From Mobula birostris (taxonomy: Eukaryota): 64,000 nt of DNA. The stretch is from contig NC_092374.1 in assembly GCF_030028105.1 (NCBI RefSeq), forward strand, positions 57,669,016-57,733,015, written 5' to 3'. The notes under the pieces were generated by a model. That model did not search any database. It was not told the origin of the DNA and was given only the letters and a program-made list of their open reading frames with translations. Of this stretch, positions 14,433 to 25,585 are shown piece by piece; the stretch's first letter is position 1; every line of letters starts with the position of its first letter. Made by a program: the position numbers and the translations under genes.

Positions 14433-15219
14433 CTGAAAAAGGTTTGGAAATTACACAGTATCAAACACAAATAAAAATCAGTATTCATTGTTAAGCATGA
14501 GTATCCACAATATTAAAAATCGGACTGAATCAATTTGATCTATTTTTGATGGAATACAATTTAAAACATTAACATAGAGTCAAAGTTGATGTGAACTGGG
14601 ATCTCCAAATCCAGGAGAAATTGATCCAAAGATAACTTTCAAAGTTGCTTCAATTAAGAAACAATTTCACCTGAATAATGTAATCCCAACCTTCCCACGT
14701 CAGAACATGTGTAACACACTTAAATCTCCAAGTTTCCCAACAAATCCTATATTAACTTGATTTTGAATTCGATCACTGTTAATCATTACTGGCTCAGAAT
14801 TTTGGAATGATCCATGGAGAAACCTCACTACACATGCTGCAGCTGTTTCAAGCGGTGGTTATTCAGCACTTTTAAAGGCAAGTAGGGACAAGAGATGAGT
14901 CCCAGGAGTATCAAAGTCATCTATATGGCATGTGAACTACAAAATTTCCACTGCTTCCCTCCAGCTCTCACAACCTCCATTATGGGCACTGGCAATTTTT
15001 CAAAGGTTAATAGCATTGTTATTAAGATTCCTTTCACTGATCGTTTAAGCAGTTTGACACTCTTAGTGATTTAATGACTATTCATCTTTTTTAGTATGGA
15101 AACTGCAATTGCTCATAAAGCAAACATTCTGTCATTAAGAAAAGTTCCATCCTCAGACTTAAAATTTATTACTGCCTCCTTAATCTGGAATTCATGCAGA
15201 CAGCACTAAGATCTTCACT

Positions 15220-15644
15220 CACAAACAACAGGAATTCTGCAGATGCTGGAAATTCAAGCAACACACATCAAAGTTGCTGGTGAACGCAGCAGGCCAGGCA
15301 GCATCTCTAGGAAGAGGTACAGTTGACGTTTCAGGCCGAGACCCTTTGTCAGGACTAACTGAAGGAAGAGTCAGGGACAAGAGGTGAGTCCCAGGAGTAT
15401 CAAAGTCCTCTATATGGCATGTGAACTACAAAATTTCCACTGCTTCCCTCCAGCTCTCACAACCTCCATTATGGGCACCGGCAATTTTTCAAAGGTTAAT
15501 AGCATTGTTATTCAGATTCCTTTCACTGATCGTTCTTCCTTCAGTCAGTCCTGACGAAGGGTCTCAGCCTGAAATGTCGACTGTACCTCTTCCTAGAGAT
15601 GCTGCTTGGCCTGCTGCGTTCACCAGCAACTTTGACGTGTGTTG
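15220..15644. mobile_element. Penelope-derived fold-back insertion containing captured host DNA
   Basis: Two inverted pseudo-LTR arms; 14-bp TSD CTAAGATCTTCACT at 15206-15219 and 15645-15658. Confidence 0.9.
15546..15583 (+). ncRNA. Minimal hammerhead ribozyme motif
   Basis: cagtc-CTGACGA-agg gtctcag cct-GAAAT-GTC-gactg; 5-bp stem I. Confidence 0.65.
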
Positions 15645-15742
15645 CTAAGATCTTCACTTCTGCTTTTCTGCTTTGAACGAAGTCTTACTGTATGCAGCAA
15701 TGCAGTCTAGCGCCAACACTGAATATATTTGAAGCAGCTTAC

Positions 15743-15900
15743 CTTCAATCTTATCAAGCTTCCCCAATGTTAAACCTACTGCATTGGGACGGTGTGGACT
15801 TCTTGTAGAAAACACTCCAGTTTTTAGTCCATTCAGTCGAGGTGGTTTGACTTTAGCTTTATAGCTTTGATGCCCATTCTTGTGAAAAATAAAGATAATC
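15743..15900 (-). CDS. TRMO: TRMO coding exon 4 (IIFIFHKNG...GVFSTRSPHRPNAVGLTL...KIEG)
   Basis: Hallmark TsaA motif PPRL...GVFSTRSPHRPN; tacag| acceptor and |gtaagc donor. Confidence 0.97.
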
Positions 15901-16689
15901 CTGTATAAATCAATTGTTCCACATTTAAAATTTAGATATTTAATCACATATTCAAGCAAAGAATAAGATTATTCATTGGTACAGAAATTTTTAAAGAGTA
16001 TAGAACTTGTGTTGCAATATACCTATTGATTATTGATGGGATAATATAAAATGACTCCCGCACAGTGATTGCAGTATTCTGTAAATTAAGATATAGCCTT
16101 TAGTAATATACAACCACCACCATCTAAAAGACGAGAACTGCAGATACCTGGGAACACCACCATTTGGAAATCCCCCCTCCAAGTCACTCACCATTCTGAT
16201 TTGGAAACATATCACCATTCCTTCATTGTCGCCTGGTCAAAATCATGGAACTCCCCCCACTAACAGCACTGTGGGTACCTAAACCTTAGGGACAGCAGTG
16301 GTTCAAGAAGGCAGCTCGTCATCACCTTCTCAAGGGCAACTAGGGATGGGCAATAAACACTAGCTTAGCTGGTGACGCCCATTATCTCATAAACGAATAA
16401 ATAAAACACAAACATAACAGAAACAGCCACTCATACTTATTATATCATTCAATGAATTTTAAGGCTAATCTTTTATCTTAGCAGCACTTTACTGCACTAA
16501 CCACATATCCCTTAAGTTCCCTGAATCTGAATACCTCACAGCTGTTGTTATATCAGTGCCTCTGAACTGTACAGCATAGAAACAGGACCTTCAGCCCAAT
16601 TCGTCCCCGATACCCATGTACATTAATCCCATTTGCACACGTTAAGCTCATACCCCTCTTCTTTCCTATCCAGGGATCTATCCAAGTAT

Positions 16690-17480
16690 TCCCTTGCCCA
16701 TTCGTCCCTCCCCACTAATTTCCCTTTTGGCATATATACCTGCAAGTGACAGAAATGCTACACCTGCTCATTCGCCTACTCCCTTACTTTTATTCAGAGT
16801 CCCAAGCAGTCTTCCCAGGTGAGGCAACACTTCACCGATGCATCTGTTGTTGTTGTTTATTGTACCCGGTGCTTCCGATGAGGCCTCTTCTACCCAATGT
16901 GAATCTGTGGAACTGCTTTTTCAAGCAATTCCGCTCCTTGTGCCAAAAGTGGAATTTCCTTGTGGCCTATCCTCATTCCAATTCCGATATTTAAAATCCT
17001 ATCCCCATCGCTATTCCGACATGATAATCCATGGACTCCTCTTTTGCCATGATGAGACCATTCTCTGGGTACAGGAGCAACATCTCATACTCTGTGTAGC
17101 TGGCCTCCAACCTGATGGCATGACCATTGATGTCTCCTCCTAGTAACTGATCCCCTCTCCCTTCCCTCTTATATTCCCCACTCTGGCTTTTCCTCACCTG
17201 CCTATGACCACCCCCTAGTGCCTCTCCTTACCCTTTCTGCTATGGTCCACTCTCCTCACCCATCAGATTCCTTTTTCTTCAGCACTTTCCCTATCCCTCC
17301 CACCTGGATTCACCTATCACTTTCCTGCATGTCTTCTTTTTCCTCCACCCCACCATTTCATTCTGGCGTCTTCCCCTTTCTTTCCAGTCCTGTTGAAGGG
17401 TCTCAGCCTGAAACTTCGAATGTTTATTCATTTTCATAGATGCTGCCTGACCTACTGAGTCTCTCAAACATTTTGTGCAT
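16690..17480 (+). mobile_element. Decayed Penelope 3' end (GIY-YIG remnant plus pLTR)
   Basis: Similar to the 19901-20227 ORF (IHGLLFCHDE...EQHLI...LQPDGM); pLTR with hammerhead remnant near 17390. Confidence 0.75.
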
Positions 17481-19468
17481 TGCTCTGTCCACTCAATGCC
17501 TTTTAAACATTGTAACACATACCAAAGATGTACCAGTTGGCAGGTTAATTGCTCATTGCAAATTGTCCCGTCATTAGGCAAGGGTTGCCGGGTGGTGCGG
17601 CTCAAAGGGCCAGAAGGGCCAATTCCGCATGGCATCACAATAAATAAATAAACAAATGTATCTAGCTCTACAATTTCCTCTGGCAACTTGTTCTATATAT
17701 TCAGTACCTTCCATATGGAAAACATGGCCCTCATATCCCCTACTTCAAATAAGAAGTACTCAGTCTATCGAATCTCTCCTTAGTAGAGCTAATAGGACTT
17801 GATGTTTCAATCCCTCTGATAAGTTGGCACTCTCGATGTTGGCAGTGGGCTTGGAGTGATGACAAGGAGGGTAGGTACCTCATCAGGGTCATCAGATGGG
17901 TACCCTCCTTCTTTGATGTTTCATGATAAGCCCACGGCATCTCCAGAGGGTTCAATGATGCTACCTGGCATCCCAGATACACCCCCCTCAGTTCCATACC
18001 CTCCTGTCTTCATTTTGCAGCCCAGTTGCTGTCTTTCCTTTTAATCCAAATCCAATTGCTGCTTTCTTCTGCTGCATTTGACAAAGACTTGATTGCTTGT
18101 TGGAGTGAATAACCCTCACCCCCATCTTCTTCAATAGACTGGTCATAGATGTAGCCACGAATCCCGTGCATCCCACTTCTACAGGGAAAATCTTGGTCTT
18201 CCAGCCGTTCTGGGCAGCTTCAGTCGCCAGTTCAGAGTACTTGGTCTTTTTTCCTCTCATAAGCTTCTTCAACACCATCTTCCCCTGGTACTTGGCAATT
18301 CCACAACATATGCCAACATGGCTGTTATGGACCACAGGACCATGTCTGGCCCGAGTGTTGTAGCCACAATGTCTGGAGAGAACATAAGCTTTTTTCCCTC
18401 CCAAGTCCACGTCCATTTTCCAATCCCGAGCAACCTGCAGAATGCTTACCTCTTTTGATGTTATATGGTGCTCTGGAGGTTGGCCTGCTGGTACAAATCG
18501 TGTGATGTGAACATTTCTTGCCGATGTTTGTGGGAGAGCATTTGTGATGATTCGCCTCTGTTCCAAGATTGATGCCAGCTGTCTGAGAACTTGGTTATGC
18601 TGCCAAGTATACCGCTTCTGCCTGAGGCTCATGATGCATCCTGTTAAAATGTGCCTTAGTAATGCAGGTGCTTGACAAAGAGAGCAAGCGCGGTCTTCTC
18701 CCCACCACTGGTTCAGGTTCTGGGGTGTGGGTAAGAGGTCATAAGTGGCTCTGATGACAAAGCTTAGCCGAGATCCCTCCATCTCCCAGATGTCACGCCA
18801 GCTGAGTTTCCTCTTTTCCAGGCTCTCCCAATTAGTCCATTGACCCTGCTTGGCCATTGAGATGGCTCTGCCTCCTCCTGTCTTCCCACTTCCTCCACCA
18901 TGAGCCGTCTCTTCTGCACTGATGTTGCCTTGTGCCACTGAGGAGATGTTGGGACGAGCCCAAGCCCGGCTCTCCCAATTTGGACTTGGCCAACCACATC
19001 CCTGAAGCAAAGAGCAAACTTAGCACTCTGAACGGCTTCAGATGGGGTTCACTTCCTCCCCATTGCCACACGGGGGGCTGCTGTTCGAATAACAGTATCT
19101 TCAGATTCAGCGAGGGTCATGACCAATCTTGCTTTGGTGCATTTGAATTCTTCCACAAAACTTGTAACTGGTAATTCTAATTTGCCGTTCCCATACAGTC
19201 CAACAGGACTTAAGCATCGTGGAAGTTTCACATGTGTGCTGATCACTCTTTTGAACTTTTCCAACTTGTTGAAAGGGATTTCATACACTGTTAAAGTCCA
19301 CGAGTCTTGGGAGTATGCCGAACTGGAAGCACCACAGCTTGAGTTTTCCTGGCAGCCAGGTCATGTTGATGAAAGCTATGTACATGATGGTGTCCTTTTT
19401 TAGTTGTTTAAACTGCTCAGTGTCTTTGAGCTTAGCATCATACCATCAGCCGAAGCCCTTCACTGGCA

Positions 19469-20817
19469 AACAACAGGAATTCTGCAGATGCTGGAAATTC
19501 AAGCAACACACATAAAAGTTGCTGGTGAACGCAGCAGGCCAGGCAGCATCTCTAGGAAGAGGTGCAGTTGACGTTTCAGGCCGAGACCCTTCGTCAGGAC
19601 TAACTGAAGGAAGAGTGAGTAAGGGATTTGAAAGTTGGGGGAGGGGGGGTGATCCAAAATGATAGGAGAAGACAGGAGGGGGAGGGATGGAGCCAAGAGC
19701 TGGACAGGTGATAGGCAAAGGGGATACGAGAGGATCATGGGACAGGAGGTCTGGGAAGAAAGACAAGGAGGTGGGGGGGGGGGACCCAGAGGATGGGCAA
19801 GGGGTATATTCAGAGGGACAGAGGGAGAAAAAGGAGAGTGAGAGAAAGAACGTGTGTATAAAAATAAGTAGCAGATGGGGTACAAGGGGGAGGTGGGGCA
19901 TTAGCGGAAGTTAGAGAAGTCGATGTCCATGCCATCAGGTTGGAGGCTACCCAGACGGAATATAAGGTGTTGTTCCTCCAACCTGAGTGTGGCTTCATCT
20001 TTACAGTAGAGGAGGCCGTGGATAGACATGTCAGAATGGGAATGGGATGTGGAATTAAAATGTGTGGCCACTGGGAGATCCTGCTTTCTCTGGCGGATAG
20101 AGTGTAGGTGTTCAGCAAAGCGGTCTCCCAGTCTGTGTCGGGTCTCGCCAATATATAAAAGGCCATACCGGGAGCACCGGACGCAGTATATCACCCCAGC
20201 CGACTCACAGGTGAAGTGTTGCCTCACCTGGAAGGACTGTTTGGGGCCCTGAATGGTGGTAAGGGAGGAAGTGTAAGGGCATGTGTAGCACTTGTTCCGC
20301 TTACACGGATAAGTACCAGGAGGGAGATCAGTGGGGAGGGATGGGGGGACGAATGGACAAGGGAGTTGCGTAGGGAGCTATCCCTGCGGAATGCAGAGGG
20401 GGGGGGAGGGAAAGATGTGCTTAGTGGTGGAATCCCGTTGGAGGTGGCGGAAGTTACGGAGAATAATATGTTGGACCCGGAGGCTGGTGGGGTGGTAGGT
20501 GAGGACCAGGGGAACCCTATTCCTAGTGGGGTGGCGGGAGGATGGAGTGAGAGCAGATGTACGTGAAATGGGGGGAGATGCATTTAAGAGCAGAGTTGAT
20601 AGTGGAGGAAGGGAAACCCCTTTCTTTAAAAAAGGAAGACATCTCCCTCGTCCTAGAATGAAAAGCCTCATCCTGAGAGCAGATGCGGCGGAGACAGAGG
20701 AATTGCCAGAAGGGGATAGCGTTTTTGCAACAGACAGGGTGAGAAGAGTAGTCCAGATAGCTGTGAGAGTCAGTAGGCTTATAGTAGACATCAATGGATA
20801 AGTAGACATAGTAGACA
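19469..20817 (-). mobile_element. 5'-truncated Penelope-like element (Neptune type) inserted in the HERO element
   Basis: GIY-YIG ORF 19901-20227 (VIYCVRC...LYIGET..RL..RF.EH), YPCKRNKCYTCP Cys linker, RT thumb remnant, 3' pseudo-LTR; TCACTGGCA duplicated at 19460-19468 and 20818-20826. Confidence 0.9.
19565..19602 (-). ncRNA. Minimal hammerhead ribozyme motif in Penelope pseudo-LTR
   Basis: Minus strand: agtc-CTGACGA-agg gtctcgg cct-GAAAC-GTC-aact; core intact, one stem I mismatch. Confidence 0.7.
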
Positions 20818-23800
20818 TCACTGGCATTTCTGAAACAGTTAGCACAGGTGTTCCGTCAATATGAAATCTTTGATCCGTGACTTGACCTTTGACAATGGAT
20901 TTGCTTCTGCACTAGCTGGCTTGATCTTCATCCTCGCCCATATGATGTTTTGATGAAGCTTTTCCAGAAGTCTCTTGGTGCAGGGGACAGTTGTTGTCAG
21001 TATTGTTATATCATCCATACAGGCTCATATCGGTAGTTACCGTTGACCAAACTGTAGCCGTTTTCCTCCCGCAACCCATTTTGAAGCTCTGATAATAAGC
21101 TCCATTGCCATAGTGAAGGGCAATGGGAAGATGGTGTACCCTGCCACGATGCCAATTTCCGGTGGTTACCAAACTGTGGTGAAGTCTGTGTTGTGAGACA
21201 AACTTGCAGATCCTGGAAGTAGTGTTTTAGCAGATTTGTCATTGTTGCAGGCACCTGAAAAAATTCAAAACAGTCCACAGTAGAGAATGAGGAATTGATC
21301 CATAGGCATTGGCCTGTTCAAGGAACAAGACATGCAGATCCTTTCCTTCTTTCTTAGCCATCTGGATTTGATGCCATATGACACTGGTATGTTCAAGGCA
21401 TCCCGAGAAGCCTGCTATGCCAGCCTTTTGGATTGACGTATCAATTAAATGGTTTTGTTTCAGATACTTTGTAAGTCTTTGCGCCAACACGCAGAAGGAG
21501 ATCTTACCTTCTATGTTCAGGAGGTTTATTTGGTGAAACTGTTCGATGGTGGACAAATTCTTTTCTTTCGGGATCAGAACTGCCCCCTGCTCTTCTCCAG
21601 GCTTTGGGGATCACTTGCTTTTCCCACGTAATCCTCGTGTTTCTCCAGAGAAATTTCAGAATATCCGGGGTGTTCTTGTAGAGACAATACGGAATACCAT
21701 TAGGGCCTGGCACTGATGCCGATCTTGCCTTCTTCACTGCCTCTTTCACCTCACTCAGCTTGGGAGGGCTGATATTAATTGATGTTGTGAGGGTGAGATT
21801 GGTGGAATGTCATCTCTTAGCTCATCAGTGTGGATGTTTCCGAGATATCTTTCAACCTCTTCTTTTGATACTTTCAAGGATCTGCTTTTCTCTTTTGTGA
21901 AAATGCCTTTCACATACTTAAAGGGATCTTTAAGAAGTCTGTTGTTTTCTCCTTTTTGTGTCGTTTCCTTAAATTCTCTGCTCTACACAGCTTCGAGTGC
22001 ATCTGTTTCAGGTCCTCTTGAAGGAGGTTGATGCCCTCTCTTTCTTCTGCTGTTGCTTTTTTCCACGACTTCCTCAGGCCTCTTCTTTCTTTGAAAGTTG
22101 TTGGACTTCCTGGAGATGACAGAATTTGGGGGGAGGAGGCATATCATTCCTGTTGACTTGTTCCTTCACTCCAAGCTTCTCCTTTCCATAGTTATAAATC
22201 AGGTCGCCCATTTTCTCCAACTTCTTTTCTGCTGATCCCTTGATGCCACTTAAGATCAGGTTCACATCTGCATTGATGGTTTCCCACTCCTCACTGTTAG
22301 ACTTTGACCATTTCACCAACGGCTTACGTCCTTACATGCTTTCCACTTTACAATGTGCTTGGCTATGACTTGAACTACAGCTTGTGCCTGAAACTTCTTC
22401 CACATCTCGTAGGGTGCTGATACTCTAAGGACTGTGGGTTTCTTCCCGCCACTGAGTTTCAACCGACTGATTTGACCTTCCTCTTAACAGAATCTGGTCA
22501 ATGCAGGGCCCTGGGTTGGAGATTTTCAAGCATTTCTTCTGTCCTTGATGAATTTTAAGACCACGAGTTGATATTACTTTAGTCCAGCCACACCTACAGG
22601 TCCGAAGAACATCCCCAGCTGCTGGTTTCTCAAGAGTATTGCCACTTTTTTGATTCACTGTCATGTCCATGCCAAGGTTCGTTACCGGGAGGTCAGTCAG
22701 TGAGTCTTCTTGCGCACCCGCTCTCGCAGACTCTGGGGGTATACTTCTCTTTAAACTTCCTGTAGCCAAGTGAGGGAGGCTCTTGTGCCCTGACAAGGTG
22801 ACGGAGCCTGCTGTTATGGGTAGCTAGCCTGGAACAGCCCTGTTGGGGTCTATTTCCTCCTCAGCTGTCTCTCCAGCTGTCACACCGTCATATAAATAAA
22901 GCCCTCGAATTCAGGCGCATTATGATGGATACCATCTGCACTCTTTGAATGCAACCACATCCTTCCTGTAGTGTAACAACCAGAACTGCACACAATACTC
23001 CAAGTGCAGCCTGACCAATACTCTGAACAAATCATGAAGCAGACCCATCCAGCAAATTTTGTACTTAAATGCCAGACTGATGGTGGAGAAAATCTTTCTA
23101 ACTTTCAAGGAAAGTCATCATCATATTAAAATAATCCACTCTACATATTAGATAAACCTAACATATTTGCATATATTTTGTTTTCAAACTGTGGTCTTGT
23201 ATCAGTACTCGAGTCCGCATCAGCACTGGACTTCGAGGTGGATGGTCCTGCGCTGGAATCTGGCCAGGTCCCAACTGGATAGCAGCAGTATCTGCGCGGA
23301 AGAAAGGCCTGGCAATTTGCTTCCGTATCTTGCCACAAAAACCCGATGGACAACTACACTATCCATAGGGTTGCCATAAGTCAACAATGACTTAATTATA
23401 TTATCATTCTCAACATCCCCAGTAGAAAATTTTATGACAAGGAACTAGAAAAATATATTACAAGGCTCTATTGTTCTCATGGAGTCTTTCAGAATGAGGC
23501 TACAAGTCAGAGCCTCTCTTATTTTTTTTTCCCACTTTGCTCTTTAGTCCAAGCTGGGAACTGTATCAAAAAGGAATGCTGATCCGAGATTTTAAAAAAA
23601 TACACTGTAATGCTGGTGCTCCAATTTCTTACAGCATTGTCTTCCTCTGAGAGTGTACAGTTCCTAAGTTTGAACATATTGCTACAGTTTTATTTTCTTT
23701 CTGAAAATTAATACCCAAGTTACAGAAAGTGATCACTGTAAAGCATTAAAGCAGGAGCTATATTTCATGATAGAGTAGCCCAGCCGTTTGTATCGGAATC

Positions 23801-24644
23801 CAGACATTCCTGAGACAATGCAAATATAAGCCAAAAAAAGAAAATGAACTGGTTTGTTATCTGCAGCATTCCTGATTGGAATCTAAGGGCTCAGATATAC
23901 AAATGGCCAGAAACAAATGAAAGCTCCAAATTAATTTATAGACATGTACACTGGAATAGCAGAGAAGCTTTGTTAAGCAACACTCCACATAAATTTCTCA
24001 TCTCCATTAAAAACATCAGAGAAAAGATAGAATCTGATAATTTATGTTCAAGTTTAAATTGGTTACAGTTATTTTCTCTAAAAAAAAAATAGGAGGGTGA
24101 TGTGTCAACCTGAGGTTTATAATGTAACAAAAGGCCTTAACAGGGAAAATACTTGCAAACTGAGAACCCAAAACTAGGAAGTCAAAAATAAGATATAGTC
24201 ACTAAATAATACAATGGGGTTTTCAGGGGAAGAACTTCTTAGAATGTGGCGTTCTGAGAGGCAGGACTGTGCAGGCGTGTGACGTCGGGCAGTGCAGCGC
24301 GGCAGATTTAAAAGGGCAGACATCCTGCTTCGGGTTTGATTCAAAGAAGGAGTCTGAGAGTCTGAGTGGGAGTGCCGAGAAAGACATTTTTGAAATTTTC
24401 GTTATTTTTTTTCTCCAACGGCGTTTTGAGAGGCGGGACTGCGCAGGTGTGTGACATCGGGCAGTGCAGCGCGGCAGATTTAAAAGGAACAGAGCCTCAT
24501 AGAGCGGGCAGCGTAGTTTGCGGGCTGCAGAGTGAGCCGGGAGCAGAGTGAAGACTTAAGGACTTCAGCTCAACGGGCTTAGGCGGAAACAGGCGAGGAA
24601 GGTTTGGCATTCATTTTCTGTTGTTATTTGAGGAGAGGGGCAGT

Positions 24645-25580
24645 ATGAGTGTGAGGGCAGTTTGTTGTTCTCGGTGTCGGATGTGGGAGGCCCTGGAGTC
24701 TCCAAGCCTCCCGGACGTCTACATCTGCGCCAAGTGCATCGAGATGCAGCTCCTAAGGGACTGCATTACGGAACTGGAGCTGCAGCTCGATGACCTTCGT
24801 CTGGTCAGGGAGAGTGAGGAGGTGATAGAGAGGAGTTGCAGGCAGGTGGTCACGCCTGCGCCACGGGAGGCAGACAAGTGGGTCACGGTTAGGAGGGGGA
24901 AGGGGAAAAGTCAGGTAAAAGGGAGTACCCCGGTGGCTGTGCCCCTTAACAACAGGTACTCCTGTTTCAGTACTGTTGGGGGGGACAGCTTACCCGGGGG
25001 AAGCGACAGTGGCCGTGCCTCCGGCACAGAGTCTGGCCCTGTAGCTCAGAAGGGTAGGGCAAGGAAGAGGAGGGCAGTTGTGATAGGGGACTCGATAGTA
25101 AGAGGGTCAGATAGGCGATTCTGTGGACGCAGTCCAGAGACCCGGATGGTAGTTTGCCTCCCTGGTGCCAGGGTCCAGGATATTTCTGATCGTGTCCAAG
25201 ATATCCTGAAGTGGGAGGGTGAGGAGCCAGAGGTCGTGGTACATATAGGTACCAATGACATAGGTAGGAAAAGGGATGAGGTCCTGAAAGGAGAATATAA
25301 GGAGCTAGGAAGGGAGTTGAGAAAAAGGACCGCAAAGGTAGTAATCTCAGGATTACTGCCTGTGCCACGCGACAGGGAGAGTAGGAATGCGATGAGGTGG
25401 AGGATAAATGTGTGGCTGAGGGATTGGAGCAGGGGGCAGGGATTCAAGTTTTTGGATCATTGGGACCTCTTTTGGCGCAGGCGTGACCTGTACAAAAAGG
25501 ACGGGTTACACTTAAATCCTAGGGGGACCAATATCCTGGCAGGGAGATTAGCGGGGGCTACTGAGGTGACTTTAAACTAG
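24645..25580 (+). CDS. CR1 ORF1p: Cys-rich zinc finger/leucine zipper plus SGNH esterase domain (intact ORF)
   Basis: C..C..W...C.KC, heptad LELQLDDLR, VIGDS, HIGTND and DGLHLN motifs. Confidence 0.9.
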   Translation: MSVRAVCCSRCRMWEALESPSLPDVYICAKCIEMQLLRDCITELELQLDDLRLVRESEEVIERSCRQVVTPAPREADKWVTVRRGKGKSQVKGSTPVAVPLNNRYSCFSTVGGDSLPGGSDSGRASGTESGPVAQKGRARKRRAVVIGDSIVRGSDRRFCGRSPETRMVVCLPGARVQDISDRVQDILKWEGEEPEVVVHIGTNDIGRKRDEVLKGEYKELGRELRKRTAKVVISGLLPVPRDRESRNAMRWRINVWLRDWSRGQGFKFLDHWDLFWRRRDLYKKDGLHLNPRGTNILAGRLAGATEVTLN

Positions 25581-25585
25581 AATGG

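Larger units (their letters stand above)
17815..22890 (-). mobile_element. HERO-like non-LTR retrotransposon (RT plus restriction-like endonuclease), decayed and interrupted by a Penelope element
   Basis: N-terminal C.CGW...GLKIHQG..KC finger; RT motifs LLNIEGK, QKAGI.GFSGCLEH, NAYGSIPH and MDD; C..C...HIL..C knuckle, H.NQVL, PDMVLW, KK.KY and PVEVGC.GF RLE motifs; many frameshifts. Confidence 0.85.
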
